From the IMG/VR virus record IMGVR_UViG_3300026521_000471, positions 62,001 to 126,000 of that record: DNA of 64,000 nt; one strand, 5' to 3'. The notes beneath the pieces were generated by a model. The model saw only the letters and a program-made list of their open reading frames with translations, did no database searches and had not been told where the DNA came from. Positions 25,132 to 35,867 of the stretch are shown in pieces (the first letter of the stretch is position 1; each line of letters starts with the position of its first letter). The translations under genes and the position numbers were made by a program.

Positions 25132-26732
25132 AAATTTCCGATTTAAAAGGATTAAAAAAAGATGATAAACTTCGTTTTTTACAATCTGTGGATATTGAAA
25201 AATTAGATGATGAAATTTTAAAGAAATTATCTAATGATGCGGCAATCGACGTCCGTTTAAAAATAGCTCGTAAATGCCCTTCATCGAAAATTTTATTAGA
25301 TATGATGTTTAATAAAAAAAATTGGAAACCTCATATTATATCAGAAATTTATATGAATAAAGCATTTACTATTGAAAATAAGATAGAGTTTATTAAGTCT
25401 AAAAAATGGCAGGAGAACTTATTTCCATTTCACCAAGTAAAATTTGATTTGGTTAGAGATCTAAACAATCCTGAATCAAACGACGATTTTATTGATTTAA
25501 TTATATCTTTTTTAGAAGAAGATCCGGAAGGAACTCCTATAAATTTTGTACGTAATGCTATATATGGGACTTCAAAAGAAGAATTATTAAAGATTATAAA
25601 CCTAACAATGATGAAAAAAGACAATTATTTAAATTTATTTTTAGGACATTCCCATGTAATAAATCTATTATCTGTAAAGGAATTAAGAAATCTATTTAGT
25701 AAATATGCTGATAATAGTATAACTTTTATTCACTTTGAAAGTCCATTTTATAGATCAATTATAAATGATGAGATTTTTAAGAAACTATTAAAAAATAGTG
25801 ATTATATAGGTCAAAATAGTTTTAGTTTAATTAGTTTAGATTCTAAAATTGTATTCTTTAATAATCCTGATATTTCTCAATATATCTATGATGATATATT
25901 AAATGAATATATTAATGCCGATATTAAACTGCGCATGGCTATTGGTTCTAAAAAATATAATGAAATAGTTAAATATATTAAATTAACAGAAGATACTAAT
26001 AAAAAGGTTATTAACTTTGCTTTAGAATTGAAAAAACTAGATGCTGATTTAGCTAACACAATATGGTTTTCTTATATATCAAATGAAACGGCTATTTTCA
26101 AATTGGTAAAAGACAATCTTAAATTTTTTAATAATAGTGCTAGAAATCTAGCCTTTTTATCAGATAATAAATCCTTTAAAGATGATGAAGTAAATGAACT
26201 TGTAGATGAAGCTATAAATAATTCGGATAACCCTACTGAAAAGACTTTATCGCTTTTTAAACATATGCTAATAAATGGTGAGGCTCCTAGAAATGACTTA
26301 ATAAATAAAGTATGGGAGATTATAAAAGATACAAAAGTTGAAAGAGAAGATAGTGTAAATAGTGATGACCCAATAACAAATATTTTTAAACGATTTTTTA
26401 ATACTTCTGCAACAAAAAATAGTTATGGGCAAAAAGCTAAAGTACCAAAAGAAATTCAAATTGAAAAAGCTTTAGAATATTATATGAAATTTATGATTCC
26501 AGATTGGTTAGTTTACTCTGATGATTTACCAGAAGAATTATGGGAAGAAATCTTAGACCATCCAAAATTAAAAGATTTGATTGTTGCACCTCATAGTTCA
26601 GACTTTTTTATTTCATTAAAGGAACAAATTTTAACTGGTAAGTATCAAGCAAAATTCGGTATGAAATATTATGAACAAACAAATGATGAAAGATATATAC
26701 CTGAAGAAGTAAAAAATATATTTTTATTTTAA
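25128..26732 (+). CDS. Helical-repeat hypothetical protein (possibly virion-associated)
   Basis: LRV-like repeat near the N-terminus; C-terminal RYIPEEVKNIFLF. Confidence 0.6.
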   Translation: MKISDLKGLKKDDKLRFLQSVDIEKLDDEILKKLSNDAAIDVRLKIARKCPSSKILLDMMFNKKNWKPHIISEIYMNKAFTIENKIEFIKSKKWQENLFPFHQVKFDLVRDLNNPESNDDFIDLIISFLEEDPEGTPINFVRNAIYGTSKEELLKIINLTMMKKDNYLNLFLGHSHVINLLSVKELRNLFSKYADNSITFIHFESPFYRSIINDEIFKKLLKNSDYIGQNSFSLISLDSKIVFFNNPDISQYIYDDILNEYINADIKLRMAIGSKKYNEIVKYIKLTEDTNKKVINFALELKKLDADLANTIWFSYISNETAIFKLVKDNLKFFNNSARNLAFLSDNKSFKDDEVNELVDEAINNSDNPTEKTLSLFKHMLINGEAPRNDLINKVWEIIKDTKVEREDSVNSDDPITNIFKRFFNTSATKNSYGQKAKVPKEIQIEKALEYYMKFMIPDWLVYSDDLPEELWEEILDHPKLKDLIVAPHSSDFFISLKEQILTGKYQAKFGMKYYEQTNDERYIPEEVKNIFLF

Positions 26733-26770
26733 ATATATATTGTATAAATATAAACAAAAGGAGAAATAAT

Positions 26771-27532
26771 TTGAAAAAAATAATATTACTAATGTTGCTA
26801 GGAGGCTTATTATTTTCAGCTACATTACCAAAAACATTTTCTAGTGCAAAAAACATGTCGGTTAGATTATATAGCACGTACCATTTAAAAACATTTTATA
26901 CTGATAGCAATATGAGTTTAGCTGCTAAGATTCACCAAAAAAAATTCCCGTATAAATCAACTGTTGATTTATATTTAAAATTAGATAACTCGCCGTATAA
27001 AGGAACAAAATATGTTTCGAGAGGTCAAAAAATTGAATGGGAACATATTACTCCAGCATCATGGTTTGTAACATCAGATCCAGCGATTAAAGAAGCTTGG
27101 GATAATGGCGATCCTAAATGTACCACATCATCTGGTAAAAAATATAAAGGTAGAAAATGTGCTGAAAAAGTTTCAAAACTCTTTAATTTAATGGAGTCGG
27201 ATATGTATAATTTAGTACCTGTGATAGGTGCTCTAAATGCTATGAGAAGCGATAAGCCATATGGCATTATAGATGGAGAGATACGTGAATTTGGTGAAAC
27301 ATTAGACGTAGAAATTAATAAAGATAAAATTGAAATTATGCCTAGTAGAAGAGGTGATGTAGCGAGAGTTTTATTATATATGCATAAAAGATATGGAGTT
27401 ATATTCCCTGACCATAATAATACCGTCTTAATGTTAAATCAATGGGATTTAGATGATCCAATGAGTCCATGGGAAAAAGAAAAAAATAATATTTTAAATA
27501 AAACTTACGGTACGGATTTTATATATAAATAA
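26771..27532 (+). CDS. endA: Secreted endonuclease I (EndA/Dns family)
   Basis: Signal peptide; IEWEHITPAS, DMYNLVPVIGALNAMRS, RGDVARVLLYM. Confidence 0.85.
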   Translation: MKKIILLMLLGGLLFSATLPKTFSSAKNMSVRLYSTYHLKTFYTDSNMSLAAKIHQKKFPYKSTVDLYLKLDNSPYKGTKYVSRGQKIEWEHITPASWFVTSDPAIKEAWDNGDPKCTTSSGKKYKGRKCAEKVSKLFNLMESDMYNLVPVIGALNAMRSDKPYGIIDGEIREFGETLDVEINKDKIEIMPSRRGDVARVLLYMHKRYGVIFPDHNNTVLMLNQWDLDDPMSPWEKEKNNILNKTYGTDFIYK

Positions 27533-27550
27533 TAATAAACTCAAGGGAAG

Positions 27551-27919
27551 ATGATGACTATACACGAAATGAATGAAGAATTAAATGAAATGATTACAAT
27601 GAAAGATATAAAAAATAAAGCTAAAGATACATTAGATGCTGCTAAACAATTTGGTAAAGATACAAAGAGAGAAGTAATAGAAACGGCTAAGATGATAAAG
27701 GTTGCGAAAGATGCTCTTAAACACGCATTATCAAAGGGTATTACTGAAAAGCCATCAAAAGAGGAAATTTTGAATGCTAAGAATCAGTTAAAAGATATTG
27801 GTAAAATAACTGCATTATTACCTTTATTTGCAGCACCAGGTGGGGGTTTAGCTATTGCAGCATTATTTAAGTTAGCTGAAAAAAATGGATATAAACTTGC
27901 ACCATCAAAATCATTTTAA
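27551..27919 (+). CDS. Hypothetical late protein
   Basis: ORF track; TATAAATA 27524. Confidence 0.65.
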   Translation: MMTIHEMNEELNEMITMKDIKNKAKDTLDAAKQFGKDTKREVIETAKMIKVAKDALKHALSKGITEKPSKEEILNAKNQLKDIGKITALLPLFAAPGGGLAIAALFKLAEKNGYKLAPSKSF

Positions 27920-27960
27920 TTTTGTATAATAATATATAGAATTTAAAACATGGAGTAAAT

Positions 27961-28251
27961 ATGAAAATATTACAAAAATGGTGGAATGTTATTAAAAGCT
28001 GGTTAAGTCTTTCCGATGAAAGTAGTACACCTCCTAAAAAAGCGAAAACTAAATCTAAAAAGAAAGTGAAAAAAGATGATTATTTAACTATGATTCTAGA
28101 AGCAAAGAAAACAGAAGATGAAGTTGGTAAAAGAAGATATATGTCAAGATTAGCCAACAATCTTACAAAAGCTATTGCATCAAATGATTCATCAGCAATA
28201 GATATAGCTGAAAAACGTATTAGAAACTATCTAAATAAAAGAAAGAAGTAA
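27961..28251 (+). CDS. Hypothetical basic protein
   Basis: ORF track; GGAG RBS. Confidence 0.65.
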   Translation: MKILQKWWNVIKSWLSLSDESSTPPKKAKTKSKKKVKKDDYLTMILEAKKTEDEVGKRRYMSRLANNLTKAIASNDSSAIDIAEKRIRNYLNKRKK

Positions 28252-28265
28252 TTTTCTTTCTTCTC

Positions 28266-28562
28266 TTACAACTCTCTTATTTCCCAACCTTTTAGTTTTC
28301 TCTTTGAAGCATAAATTACAAAACTATTATCATTCATTTTAAAAGCAGCATACAATAGTTTATTATTATCAGAATGAATCTTCATTAATAATAAATGTGC
28401 TATCATGTGTTCTTCTGGAAATAATGCAACTTTGTTATTATTAGCATCTGTACCATCAATACATTTTGGAATTATGTGATGTACTTCTCTGTATTCGGAT
28501 TTAAGGATACTTCTATTTTGAGCTTTTGAGATAAGTTTCTCGTAATGGAGTTTGTAGTTCAT
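28266..28562 (-). mobile_element. HNH homing endonuclease (short or truncated)
   Basis: MNYKLHYEKLI..EVHHIIPKC..G.D..NN.V.L..EEH..AH.LL; start moved to ATG 28562. Confidence 0.75.
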
Positions 28563-28592
28563 TTTGTCAACCTTTAATTGTATAATTATTGA

Positions 28593-28655
28593 AGAAGGAC
28601 AGTTAGGAGTCAACCCCTAATTTCTTAACTATTCGTAGTAGTTAAGATTACTTCT
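28593..28655 (+). ncRNA. Conserved three-way-junction RNA (copy 2)
   Basis: Same junction sequence as 9703-9768 with different, still pairing stems. Confidence 0.6.
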
Positions 28656-28755
28656 CTTTCTACTATTCTTTATACTCCAAAACTACTAAATTACTTAACT
28701 TTCCAAAAAAAAATTGTAAAATAAAATATATTTAATATAAACATAAGGTCAAAAA

Positions 28756-29358
28756 ATGATAATCAGAAAACTATTTAAATTTGAAGGTGCACATATTGTG
28801 AGAAATTGTTCATCAGTAAGATGTAAGAAATCAATCCACGGACACAGCTATGTTGTTGAAGTATTTTTCACAGCAAAGGGTTTTGATAATGGACAAATGT
28901 TATTAGACTTTGGTTTAATGAAAGGAACTATCAAAGATATAGTTGATTCTTTCGACCATGCTTATTCTATGTGGAATAAAGAGAGTGATGAATTCCAAAA
29001 ATTTATGATGGAAAATTCAGATAGATATATTACTATGCCAGTATCACCAAGTGCAGAAGCATACTCACTAATGTTATTATTTATTATTGATAGAATTGTT
29101 AAAGCGACTGAATTTAATAATGGCGAACAAGGTGTGGAGGTATCAAGTGTCAGGGTTGCAGAAACTGTAACCGGTTGGGCTGAGTCTTTTAGAGATGATT
29201 TAGATTGGGTAGATTTTAAGTTAGAAGATATAGTATTTTCAGATGGAGTTAAAGCTGAATGGAATAACCCAGAAATGTATGATAAATTAATATCGTTTCA
29301 TTCTGATAGTTCTTTACCTAAACCATTTATAAACTCACCGGTAGAACAGCAGGTTTAA
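28756..29358 (+). CDS. queD: 6-carboxy-5,6,7,8-tetrahydropterin synthase QueD (long, Campylobacterota-like form)
   Basis: FKFEGAH..RNC...C...IHGHSY, DFG, FDH, PSAE, ET motifs. Confidence 0.9.
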   Translation: MIIRKLFKFEGAHIVRNCSSVRCKKSIHGHSYVVEVFFTAKGFDNGQMLLDFGLMKGTIKDIVDSFDHAYSMWNKESDEFQKFMMENSDRYITMPVSPSAEAYSLMLLFIIDRIVKATEFNNGEQGVEVSSVRVAETVTGWAESFRDDLDWVDFKLEDIVFSDGVKAEWNNPEMYDKLISFHSDSSLPKPFINSPVEQQV

Positions 29359-29505
29359 CAATGTTTTGTGAAATCTGTAAGTGAGGTGAGAATTGTTATA
29401 ATAGTACTAAGGAATACCTAAGAGTACATTGTAACTTTCACAGCCAATCTTTTCCAGAAAAACATAATTGAGTAGATTTAAAGAAAAGAAGATAAAGGGG
29501 GGGTA

Positions 29506-29820
29506 ATGAACGAATTTATAATTACTGATATTCGCACTCAGATGGATTATAATGAAATGTCGTTTAATGGCTATACTCAAATAGATGGTATGGGTGTACC
29601 ATCTGTTGAATTAACTCTTAGACCAAGAATACCAGATACAGAACTTTTAAGAAAACTTTCAAATATTGTTCAAGCCGGGCGAACAGTTATTCTCAATGAT
29701 GCAGAATATCATTCATTATTGGGCGAATTCAAAGATGAATTTATTATTTTTATGAACGAAAAATATCCTGAAAAAGTATTAGCAAAACCTGAATCATGGG
29801 ATAAGTTAATAAATTTTTAA
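29506..29820 (+). CDS. Hypothetical protein
   Basis: ORF track; subterminal YPEKVL. Confidence 0.6.
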   Translation: MNEFIITDIRTQMDYNEMSFNGYTQIDGMGVPSVELTLRPRIPDTELLRKLSNIVQAGRTVILNDAEYHSLLGEFKDEFIIFMNEKYPEKVLAKPESWDKLINF

Positions 29821-29863
29821 GTAAGATTATATTATAATTGATTAATATTTAAAAAGGGACAAT

Positions 29864-30457
29864 ATGAATATAAAATCTGAACTTAAAAAGAATCAAAATA
29901 AATTTCTACCATTTTTGACATTACCTACTATACTATTTGCTTTAATTACAGCTATAGCTATATCAATTCTTACATTTCTTGTCGGGCAAGTATTATGGTT
30001 TAAGTTACTTTTTATAATTCTCTCAATAATAGGTGTGCTTGTTTATGTTTATGATAACAATAGAGATAAAAAAGATAAGTCCTATACTCTTAAACAAGGG
30101 TGGACATATACAATCCTTGTACTTATTTTTTTAGAAATGCCACTATATTTGATCGCAAATCAAGAACATACTCTACCTATATCAGTAATATCGGAAATTA
30201 AAACTAAAAAAGGTGATAAAGTAGATCCAAATTGCGAAAGCAACTGCAAATATAAAAAAATCAAATATTTAAAGCTTAGTCTTTATAACAGAGAAAATAA
30301 TGAGCAACTGGGTTATAGAACATTTGATTCTTTAGATGATCCAAGAAGTACTATTTATGATGGTATTGTTTCAAAACACATATACTTTGATTATATACCG
30401 TTTTTAGTTTTTGAAGAAAAATTTAATTACATTTATAAAGATAAATTAAATGACTGA
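29864..30457 (+). CDS. Membrane protein
   Basis: Three hydrophobic segments. Confidence 0.65.
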   Translation: MNIKSELKKNQNKFLPFLTLPTILFALITAIAISILTFLVGQVLWFKLLFIILSIIGVLVYVYDNNRDKKDKSYTLKQGWTYTILVLIFLEMPLYLIANQEHTLPISVISEIKTKKGDKVDPNCESNCKYKKIKYLKLSLYNRENNEQLGYRTFDSLDDPRSTIYDGIVSKHIYFDYIPFLVFEEKFNYIYKDKLND

Positions 30458-30833
30458 AGATGATTTCAATAATCTAAAAATTGGTGATATTGTTTATAAC
30501 TATAAAACTGTAAATCCTAAATATTTAGGGTCTATTAATGCAGCAGTTATAAAAAAAAGAGTTATTTCAATAAACTTGAAAAATGGCAAAAGAGTTATTG
30601 GTTTAGAACACGGCGGCATTATTATGAAAGCATTTTTGAATAGATTTGAAACCGACAAAAATACACTAATTTATCTAAAACTTAAAGACATAAAAAGAAA
30701 ATTATTTAACTTGAAACAAAGTCAAAATAAAGATGTCGTAACAATACGAGCTGTTGAATATAAATTAGAGAAAATTTTAAATCAAAAAAATGTTAAAAAA
30801 GTTTTAGATTTATACCCAGAAATCTTAATATAG
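30450..30833 (+). CDS. Hypothetical protein, C-terminal tag YPEILI*
   Basis: ORF track. Confidence 0.65.
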   Translation: MTEDDFNNLKIGDIVYNYKTVNPKYLGSINAAVIKKRVISINLKNGKRVIGLEHGGIIMKAFLNRFETDKNTLIYLKLKDIKRKLFNLKQSQNKDVVTIRAVEYKLEKILNQKNVKKVLDLYPEILI

Positions 30834-30843
30834 GAGCACTACA

Positions 30844-31080
30844 ATGAAAATTAAAATAAAAGATGAAATGGATGATATTAGATTAAAAGTTTCTCATCAA
30901 GAACTTTTATTAATTCTTGATGCTTTAGAAGAATATGATTATGACAAAGTTGATATTGAAGAAATAAACTATAAACTATTTGACAAGGATGAATTTCTTG
31001 ATAATGATAGTCTTGGCAAACAATTATATAGAATGATCAAAAAAATTCGCTGTAAAATAGAAGATATTAATCCTTGGTAA
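30844..31080 (+). CDS. Hypothetical protein
   Basis: ORF track; AGGAG RBS. Confidence 0.65.
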   Translation: MKIKIKDEMDDIRLKVSHQELLLILDALEEYDYDKVDIEEINYKLFDKDEFLDNDSLGKQLYRMIKKIRCKIEDINPW

Positions 31081-31090
31081 TATAAACAAA

Positions 31091-31618
31091 ATGAGATTTT
31101 ATACTGGTATTGGATCGAGAGAAACCCCACAAGAAATTTTAGAATATATGAAAAGTATATCAACTCGTCTTAGATTACTTGGTTATATTCTAAGAAGTGG
31201 TGGAGCCGATGGTGCTGATAAAGCATTTGAATCAAATGCAAAAAGACTTAAAGAGATTTACCTGCCCTGGAAAGGTTTTAATAACAATGATAGTGATTTA
31301 TACAATATCGATAATAACGCATTAGAATTAGCTTCCCATTTACATCCTGGATGGGATTATTTGAAACAAGGTGCTAGAAAACTTATGGCGAGAAATTGTT
31401 ACCAAGTTTTAGGTGCAGATTTAGAAACACCCTCCGATTTTGTTATTTGTTGGACTCCAGATGGTTGTGAAACTCATAAAGATAGGAAAAACAAAACTGG
31501 TGGTACAGGTCAAGCAATTTCTTTAGCAAATTTAGCCGAAATTAGAGTATATAATTTATTTAATGATGAATCTATTGATGAATTAGAAAACTTATTATCT
31601 AAATTGGAAAATCAATGA
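31091..31618 (+). CDS. SLOG-superfamily (DprA/YspA-like) protein
   Basis: YTGIGSRETP, LRSGGADGAD, GGT..A motifs. Confidence 0.75.
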   Translation: MRFYTGIGSRETPQEILEYMKSISTRLRLLGYILRSGGADGADKAFESNAKRLKEIYLPWKGFNNNDSDLYNIDNNALELASHLHPGWDYLKQGARKLMARNCYQVLGADLETPSDFVICWTPDGCETHKDRKNKTGGTGQAISLANLAEIRVYNLFNDESIDELENLLSKLENQ

Positions 31619-31863
31619 AACAATTTATAGGTTACAACGGTAAGGTTGTTGAAGTAGAATCTATCTGTGGCTATTATAATAGAACTATGAGTGTCGAACT
31701 TAAAGATGGTACAAGAATATCTGGTATTAATACTATCTATCATTGTGATAGAAATGGAAAATCGTTATCAACCAATGAATATTTAAATTGGAATGATGAT
31801 TTTTTCCCATATGAAAATGGGATATTTAAAAGTGAAAGGTTAAAGAAAAATGAAAGAAATTAA
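31615..31863 (+). CDS. Hypothetical protein
   Basis: ORF track; ATGA overlap. Confidence 0.6.
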   Translation: MKQFIGYNGKVVEVESICGYYNRTMSVELKDGTRISGINTIYHCDRNGKSLSTNEYLNWNDDFFPYENGIFKSERLKKNERN

Positions 31864-32050
31864 GAGAGTGTCATTTAGAATCTTAGAAAAAGAAGGAACA
31901 GATATGGATCCGTACATATCAGATGAAATTGAAGATATCATGGATACGTATAGAATAAAAGAAAAAAATATTATTAATATAACCGAAAACAAAATTGGCG
32001 AAACATACCATATTTCAATTTATTATCGCAAAAAGTTTAAGGCTAAATAA
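31850..32050 (+). CDS. Hypothetical protein
   Basis: ORF track. Confidence 0.55.
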   Translation: MKEIKRVSFRILEKEGTDMDPYISDEIEDIMDTYRIKEKNIINITENKIGETYHISIYYRKKFKAK

Positions 32051-32086
32051 ATGTTAATATTTGTATAATTAAGGAAAGGATTAAAT

Positions 32087-32353
32087 ATGTCTAAATTTAT
32101 TATTCATAGAAAAGACAATATCTTGGAAATTGTTGATAAAGATATACGTTTAAAATTTTATGGAAATGTAGTTAATAGTTTTTGTAATTATATAAAAGAT
32201 AGCAAAATTGTTAATACAGCTTTTACAAATGAACAATGGATTGCATCAAATAAAATTAATAAACATTATGAGAATGAAATAACTCTTAAACGAAAAGATA
32301 AAATAATAACATTTTATAGCTCTCAGATACCTGATGGCTTGAACTATTTTTAA
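32087..32353 (+). CDS. Hypothetical protein
   Basis: ORF track; AAGGA RBS. Confidence 0.6.
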   Translation: MSKFIIHRKDNILEIVDKDIRLKFYGNVVNSFCNYIKDSKIVNTAFTNEQWIASNKINKHYENEITLKRKDKIITFYSSQIPDGLNYF

Positions 32354-32363
32354 AAGGAAAGAA

Positions 32364-34214
32364 ATGAGAACAAACTATAATTTAGAAATTAGAAAAAATT
32401 ATATAGATAAGGAAGTTACGGTTTCGGGGTGGGTTAATTCAATCCGTGACCATGGTGGCGTTTACTTTATTGATTTAAGAGATACTTCCGGTATTGTACA
32501 AATTGTTGCAAATCCAACTTCTTTAACAGAAGATGAATATGAAAAGTATCACGCTTTAAGAGATGAGTGGGTAATTGAAGTTACTGGTAAAGTTAGACTT
32601 CGTGGAGAAGGTCTTGAAAATCCAAAATTATTAACTGGTGAAATTGAAATTGTTGCAGAAGATTTAAAAATTCTAAGTAAAGCAAAAACATTACCGTTCC
32701 AACCTGGAGACGAATCTGTTAATGATGATTTAAAGCTTAAATACAGATATTTGGATATGAGAGATAACAAACTGCAGGATACTCTTACTAAAAGAAGTGA
32801 TATGGCGTTTAATATCAGAGTTGCTCTGCATAACGAATTAGATTATGCGGAAATCGAAACTCCAATCTTAATGAAGTCATCTGAAGGTGGAGCAGAAGAA
32901 GTATATGCCACTTCTAAACTATTTCCTGGAGAATTCTATTCACTGCCACAATCACCACAATTATATAAACAGTTACTTATGATTGGTGGGAGAGAAAAGT
33001 ATTATTCATTTGCAAAATGCTTTAGAGCTGAAAGTGCTCGTAAAGATAGAAACATCGAATTCACACAAATAGATATGGAACGATCTTTTTCAGATAGAAA
33101 TGGTATTTTAAAAGATGTTACTAAAGTTTTAACTGCAGCTTTTGAAACAACCAATGTCGATTTTGATAAAATTAATAATGATGTTAGAGAAACAGTCCGG
33201 TGGCTTGATAGTATTAGTATTGAAGGTGAAATTGATTCTTCAGCTGATATTTTAATTCCTATGATCAAATACAATGACGCATTAAACTACTTCGGTAGTG
33301 ATAAGCCGGATTTACGTTTCAAAATGTCATTGATTGAAGCTAAGAAACTTTTTATTAATACTGATTTTACGGTTTTTAAAGATATTGCTAAAAAGGATAA
33401 TACAGTTGTTAAAGCTTTAGTGGCTAAAAATGCAGACTATCCAGACAAACTATCTAAAAAGAAAATTAAAGATTTAGAAAAATTTGTTAGTGAATTTGGA
33501 GCTAAAGGTTTAGCTTATTTTCAAATGAAAGAAGAAGGCCTAAAAGGTCCTTTAACTAAATTTCTAAAACAAGTGGATTTAGATTTAATCCAAATTGAAT
33601 GTGAATTAGAAGTAGGTGATATTGTTTTCTTTGGAGCAGGTGATAAAGATACCGTTTTAGATTACATGGGTCGACTAAGAATTAAAATAGCAGAAGAGTT
33701 AAATTTAATTAATGATAAATTCATACCATTATTTGTTACTGATTTTCCTATGTTTGAAAAAGGTAAAGACGGCACAATTAAAGCTATGCACCATCCATTT
33801 ACAGCACCTATAATGGAATCTTATACAAATTATTTAAATGATGAATGTGACCTTACAGAAATTCTTACTGATAGTTATGATCTTGTTTTAAATGGTGTGG
33901 AATTAGGTGGTGGTTCAGTAAGAATTTATGATGAAGAGTTACAAGAAAATATATTTAAGATTATGGGGCTTACTGATGAGGAAATAAAAGAAAAATTTGG
34001 TTTCTTTACAGAGGCTTTACAGTATGGTACTCCGCCACATTGTGGATTTGCTTTTGGTTTTGATAGATTAGTTTCACTATTATTAAAAAAAGAAACTATT
34101 AGAGAAGTAATAGCATTTCCTAAAAATCAAAGTGGTCTATGTCCTATGTCTGAATCACCAAATAAACCGGATGTTAATCAATTAAAAGAATTAGGTTTAA
34201 GAATAAAATCTTAA
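32364..34214 (+). CDS. aspS: Aspartyl-tRNA synthetase, bacterial type, probably non-discriminating (Asp/Asn)
   Basis: RDHGG..FIDLRD OB fold, LPQSPQLYKQLLM, CFRAE, EFTQIDME, GAD insert, PPHCGFAFGFDRL. Confidence 0.97.
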   Translation: MRTNYNLEIRKNYIDKEVTVSGWVNSIRDHGGVYFIDLRDTSGIVQIVANPTSLTEDEYEKYHALRDEWVIEVTGKVRLRGEGLENPKLLTGEIEIVAEDLKILSKAKTLPFQPGDESVNDDLKLKYRYLDMRDNKLQDTLTKRSDMAFNIRVALHNELDYAEIETPILMKSSEGGAEEVYATSKLFPGEFYSLPQSPQLYKQLLMIGGREKYYSFAKCFRAESARKDRNIEFTQIDMERSFSDRNGILKDVTKVLTAAFETTNVDFDKINNDVRETVRWLDSISIEGEIDSSADILIPMIKYNDALNYFGSDKPDLRFKMSLIEAKKLFINTDFTVFKDIAKKDNTVVKALVAKNADYPDKLSKKKIKDLEKFVSEFGAKGLAYFQMKEEGLKGPLTKFLKQVDLDLIQIECELEVGDIVFFGAGDKDTVLDYMGRLRIKIAEELNLINDKFIPLFVTDFPMFEKGKDGTIKAMHHPFTAPIMESYTNYLNDECDLTEILTDSYDLVLNGVELGGGSVRIYDEELQENIFKIMGLTDEEIKEKFGFFTEALQYGTPPHCGFAFGFDRLVSLLLKKETIREVIAFPKNQSGLCPMSESPNKPDVNQLKELGLRIKS

Positions 34215-34276
34215 AACATATATTAAAGTTTTTTTAAGACTCTTCTTATTATAATATGTAATAAGGAGTCTTAAAA

Positions 34277-34870
34277 ATGACAATTATACAAGCAACTCGA
34301 CAAATTATTAGAATTTATATACCAATTATAGAAGATGCATTTATCAAATCAACTAAAAAGTCAAAAACTAAAAATTTATTTATAATTCTATCAATGTGCC
34401 ATACTATTTTAGATAATACTTATGATGAAGATATAAATCAAACCAAAAATAAAATGACTGATGATAAAATTAGTAGATGGTTGGGTTTTATACAAGGTAT
34501 TATGAAAGTTTATAATATTTTAGATATTGAAACTGAAAGAAATACAACCAGAGCATTATTTCATAAAGTTTATAGCGATAATAATATCGAAAAACCTATA
34601 TCGATTACAGCTAAATTTAATGATATAATATTCCATATTGTAGATATGCAAGATTTTAATAATCGATGTGTTAAAAAGTATAATGTTAGATCTTATAAAG
34701 AACTTTCTAAGGACAAATTATTAAAAATTTGTTTTAAAATTATGAAGAAAAGTAAACCCAGAGTTTACAAAATGTTAAAAAAATTAAACTATACTTATGA
34801 GTTTAGAACTGAAAATCCAAACATATATTCATTTGTTTTTATCAATCCAAGGTTAAAAAATGATTCTTGA
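34277..34870 (+). CDS. Hypothetical protein
   Basis: ORF track; KISRWLGFIQG motif. Confidence 0.7.
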   Translation: MTIIQATRQIIRIYIPIIEDAFIKSTKKSKTKNLFIILSMCHTILDNTYDEDINQTKNKMTDDKISRWLGFIQGIMKVYNILDIETERNTTRALFHKVYSDNNIEKPISITAKFNDIIFHIVDMQDFNNRCVKKYNVRSYKELSKDKLLKICFKIMKKSKPRVYKMLKKLNYTYEFRTENPNIYSFVFINPRLKNDS

Positions 34871-35138
34871 TGAATTTATCGATTATATAAATCTAGGTTT
34901 TTATTTTAAAGCTCATGAACTACTCGAAGAAAACTTATGGATAAAAAATGATAAGAGTAAGAAGAATTTATATTATAAGGGTTTGGTCAATGCTGCCGTT
35001 GCAATGGAACTTATTAAAAGAGGGAAAATAGAACAAGGGAAAAAAGTCTGGAAAACATATTTAAAATACAAAATAGATTCCTTCTATGAATTAAACTTTA
35101 GAGTTGAAAGAGCATATGAAAAACTTACTAAATTTTAA
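34860..35138 (+). CDS. DUF309-like protein
   Basis: YFKAHELLE..W and YKGLVNAAVA motifs. Confidence 0.7.
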   Translation: MILDEFIDYINLGFYFKAHELLEENLWIKNDKSKKNLYYKGLVNAAVAMELIKRGKIEQGKKVWKTYLKYKIDSFYELNFRVERAYEKLTKF

Positions 35139-35349
35139 AAACTTAAAATGGTTAGCATCAATTATAGGATTTATAGGAGCTATGACTATCGCACTTAATA
35201 CACCATATTCTAAATATGCTTTTATGATGTTTATTATATCATCAACCATATGGATAATAGCAGGTTATAAAGTTCGTGATTGGGCATTAGTATTTCTTAA
35301 TATTGGCTTTTTTATAGTCGATATTATTGGTTTATGGAGGTGGTTTTAA
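35116..35349 (+). CDS. Small three-TM membrane protein
   Basis: Hydrophobic; start moved to ATG 35116. Confidence 0.6.
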   Translation: MKNLLNFKNLKWLASIIGFIGAMTIALNTPYSKYAFMMFIISSTIWIIAGYKVRDWALVFLNIGFFIVDIIGLWRWF

Positions 35350-35829
35350 ATGGGAAAAGGTAATTATAATGGTAAACCTCACGAAATGGTTATGTTCTTT
35401 TTAAATAAAGACTTTGACATTGATTGTGATTTATCACCTTTTATCAAACAAAATAATATTTTTATTAGTACTATTAAATACCAAAATTACAAATTTATTT
35501 TTGAAACCAAACATTTTAATATCAATATTCTAGCCGAAGAGATAATAGAAAAACTTTCAGAGTTAAATATAAAAGACTTTCAATATAAAATTATTTACGA
35601 TAATGCTCTAAGACGAGATGCTATTTCTGTCTTATATGAAAAAATCAACCATAAAAATTTTGATATTGACATCGGATTTACTTATTTTAACCCCTATCTA
35701 TCAGAATATAGTATTTTAATTTCAATAAACGGTCATAAATCTACTTATAAAACAGGTAAATTAAATGAACCCCATATTATGAATATAGGACACCTTTATA
35801 TGAATTTATTTCCCGAATATACTATCTAA
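35350..35829 (+). CDS. Hypothetical protein, C-terminal tag FPEYTI*
   Basis: ORF track. Confidence 0.65.
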   Translation: MGKGNYNGKPHEMVMFFLNKDFDIDCDLSPFIKQNNIFISTIKYQNYKFIFETKHFNINILAEEIIEKLSELNIKDFQYKIIYDNALRRDAISVLYEKINHKNFDIDIGFTYFNPYLSEYSILISINGHKSTYKTGKLNEPHIMNIGHLYMNLFPEYTI

Positions 35830-35867
35830 TTTTTGTATAATTAATATAAAAATGTTAAGGAAACTGT

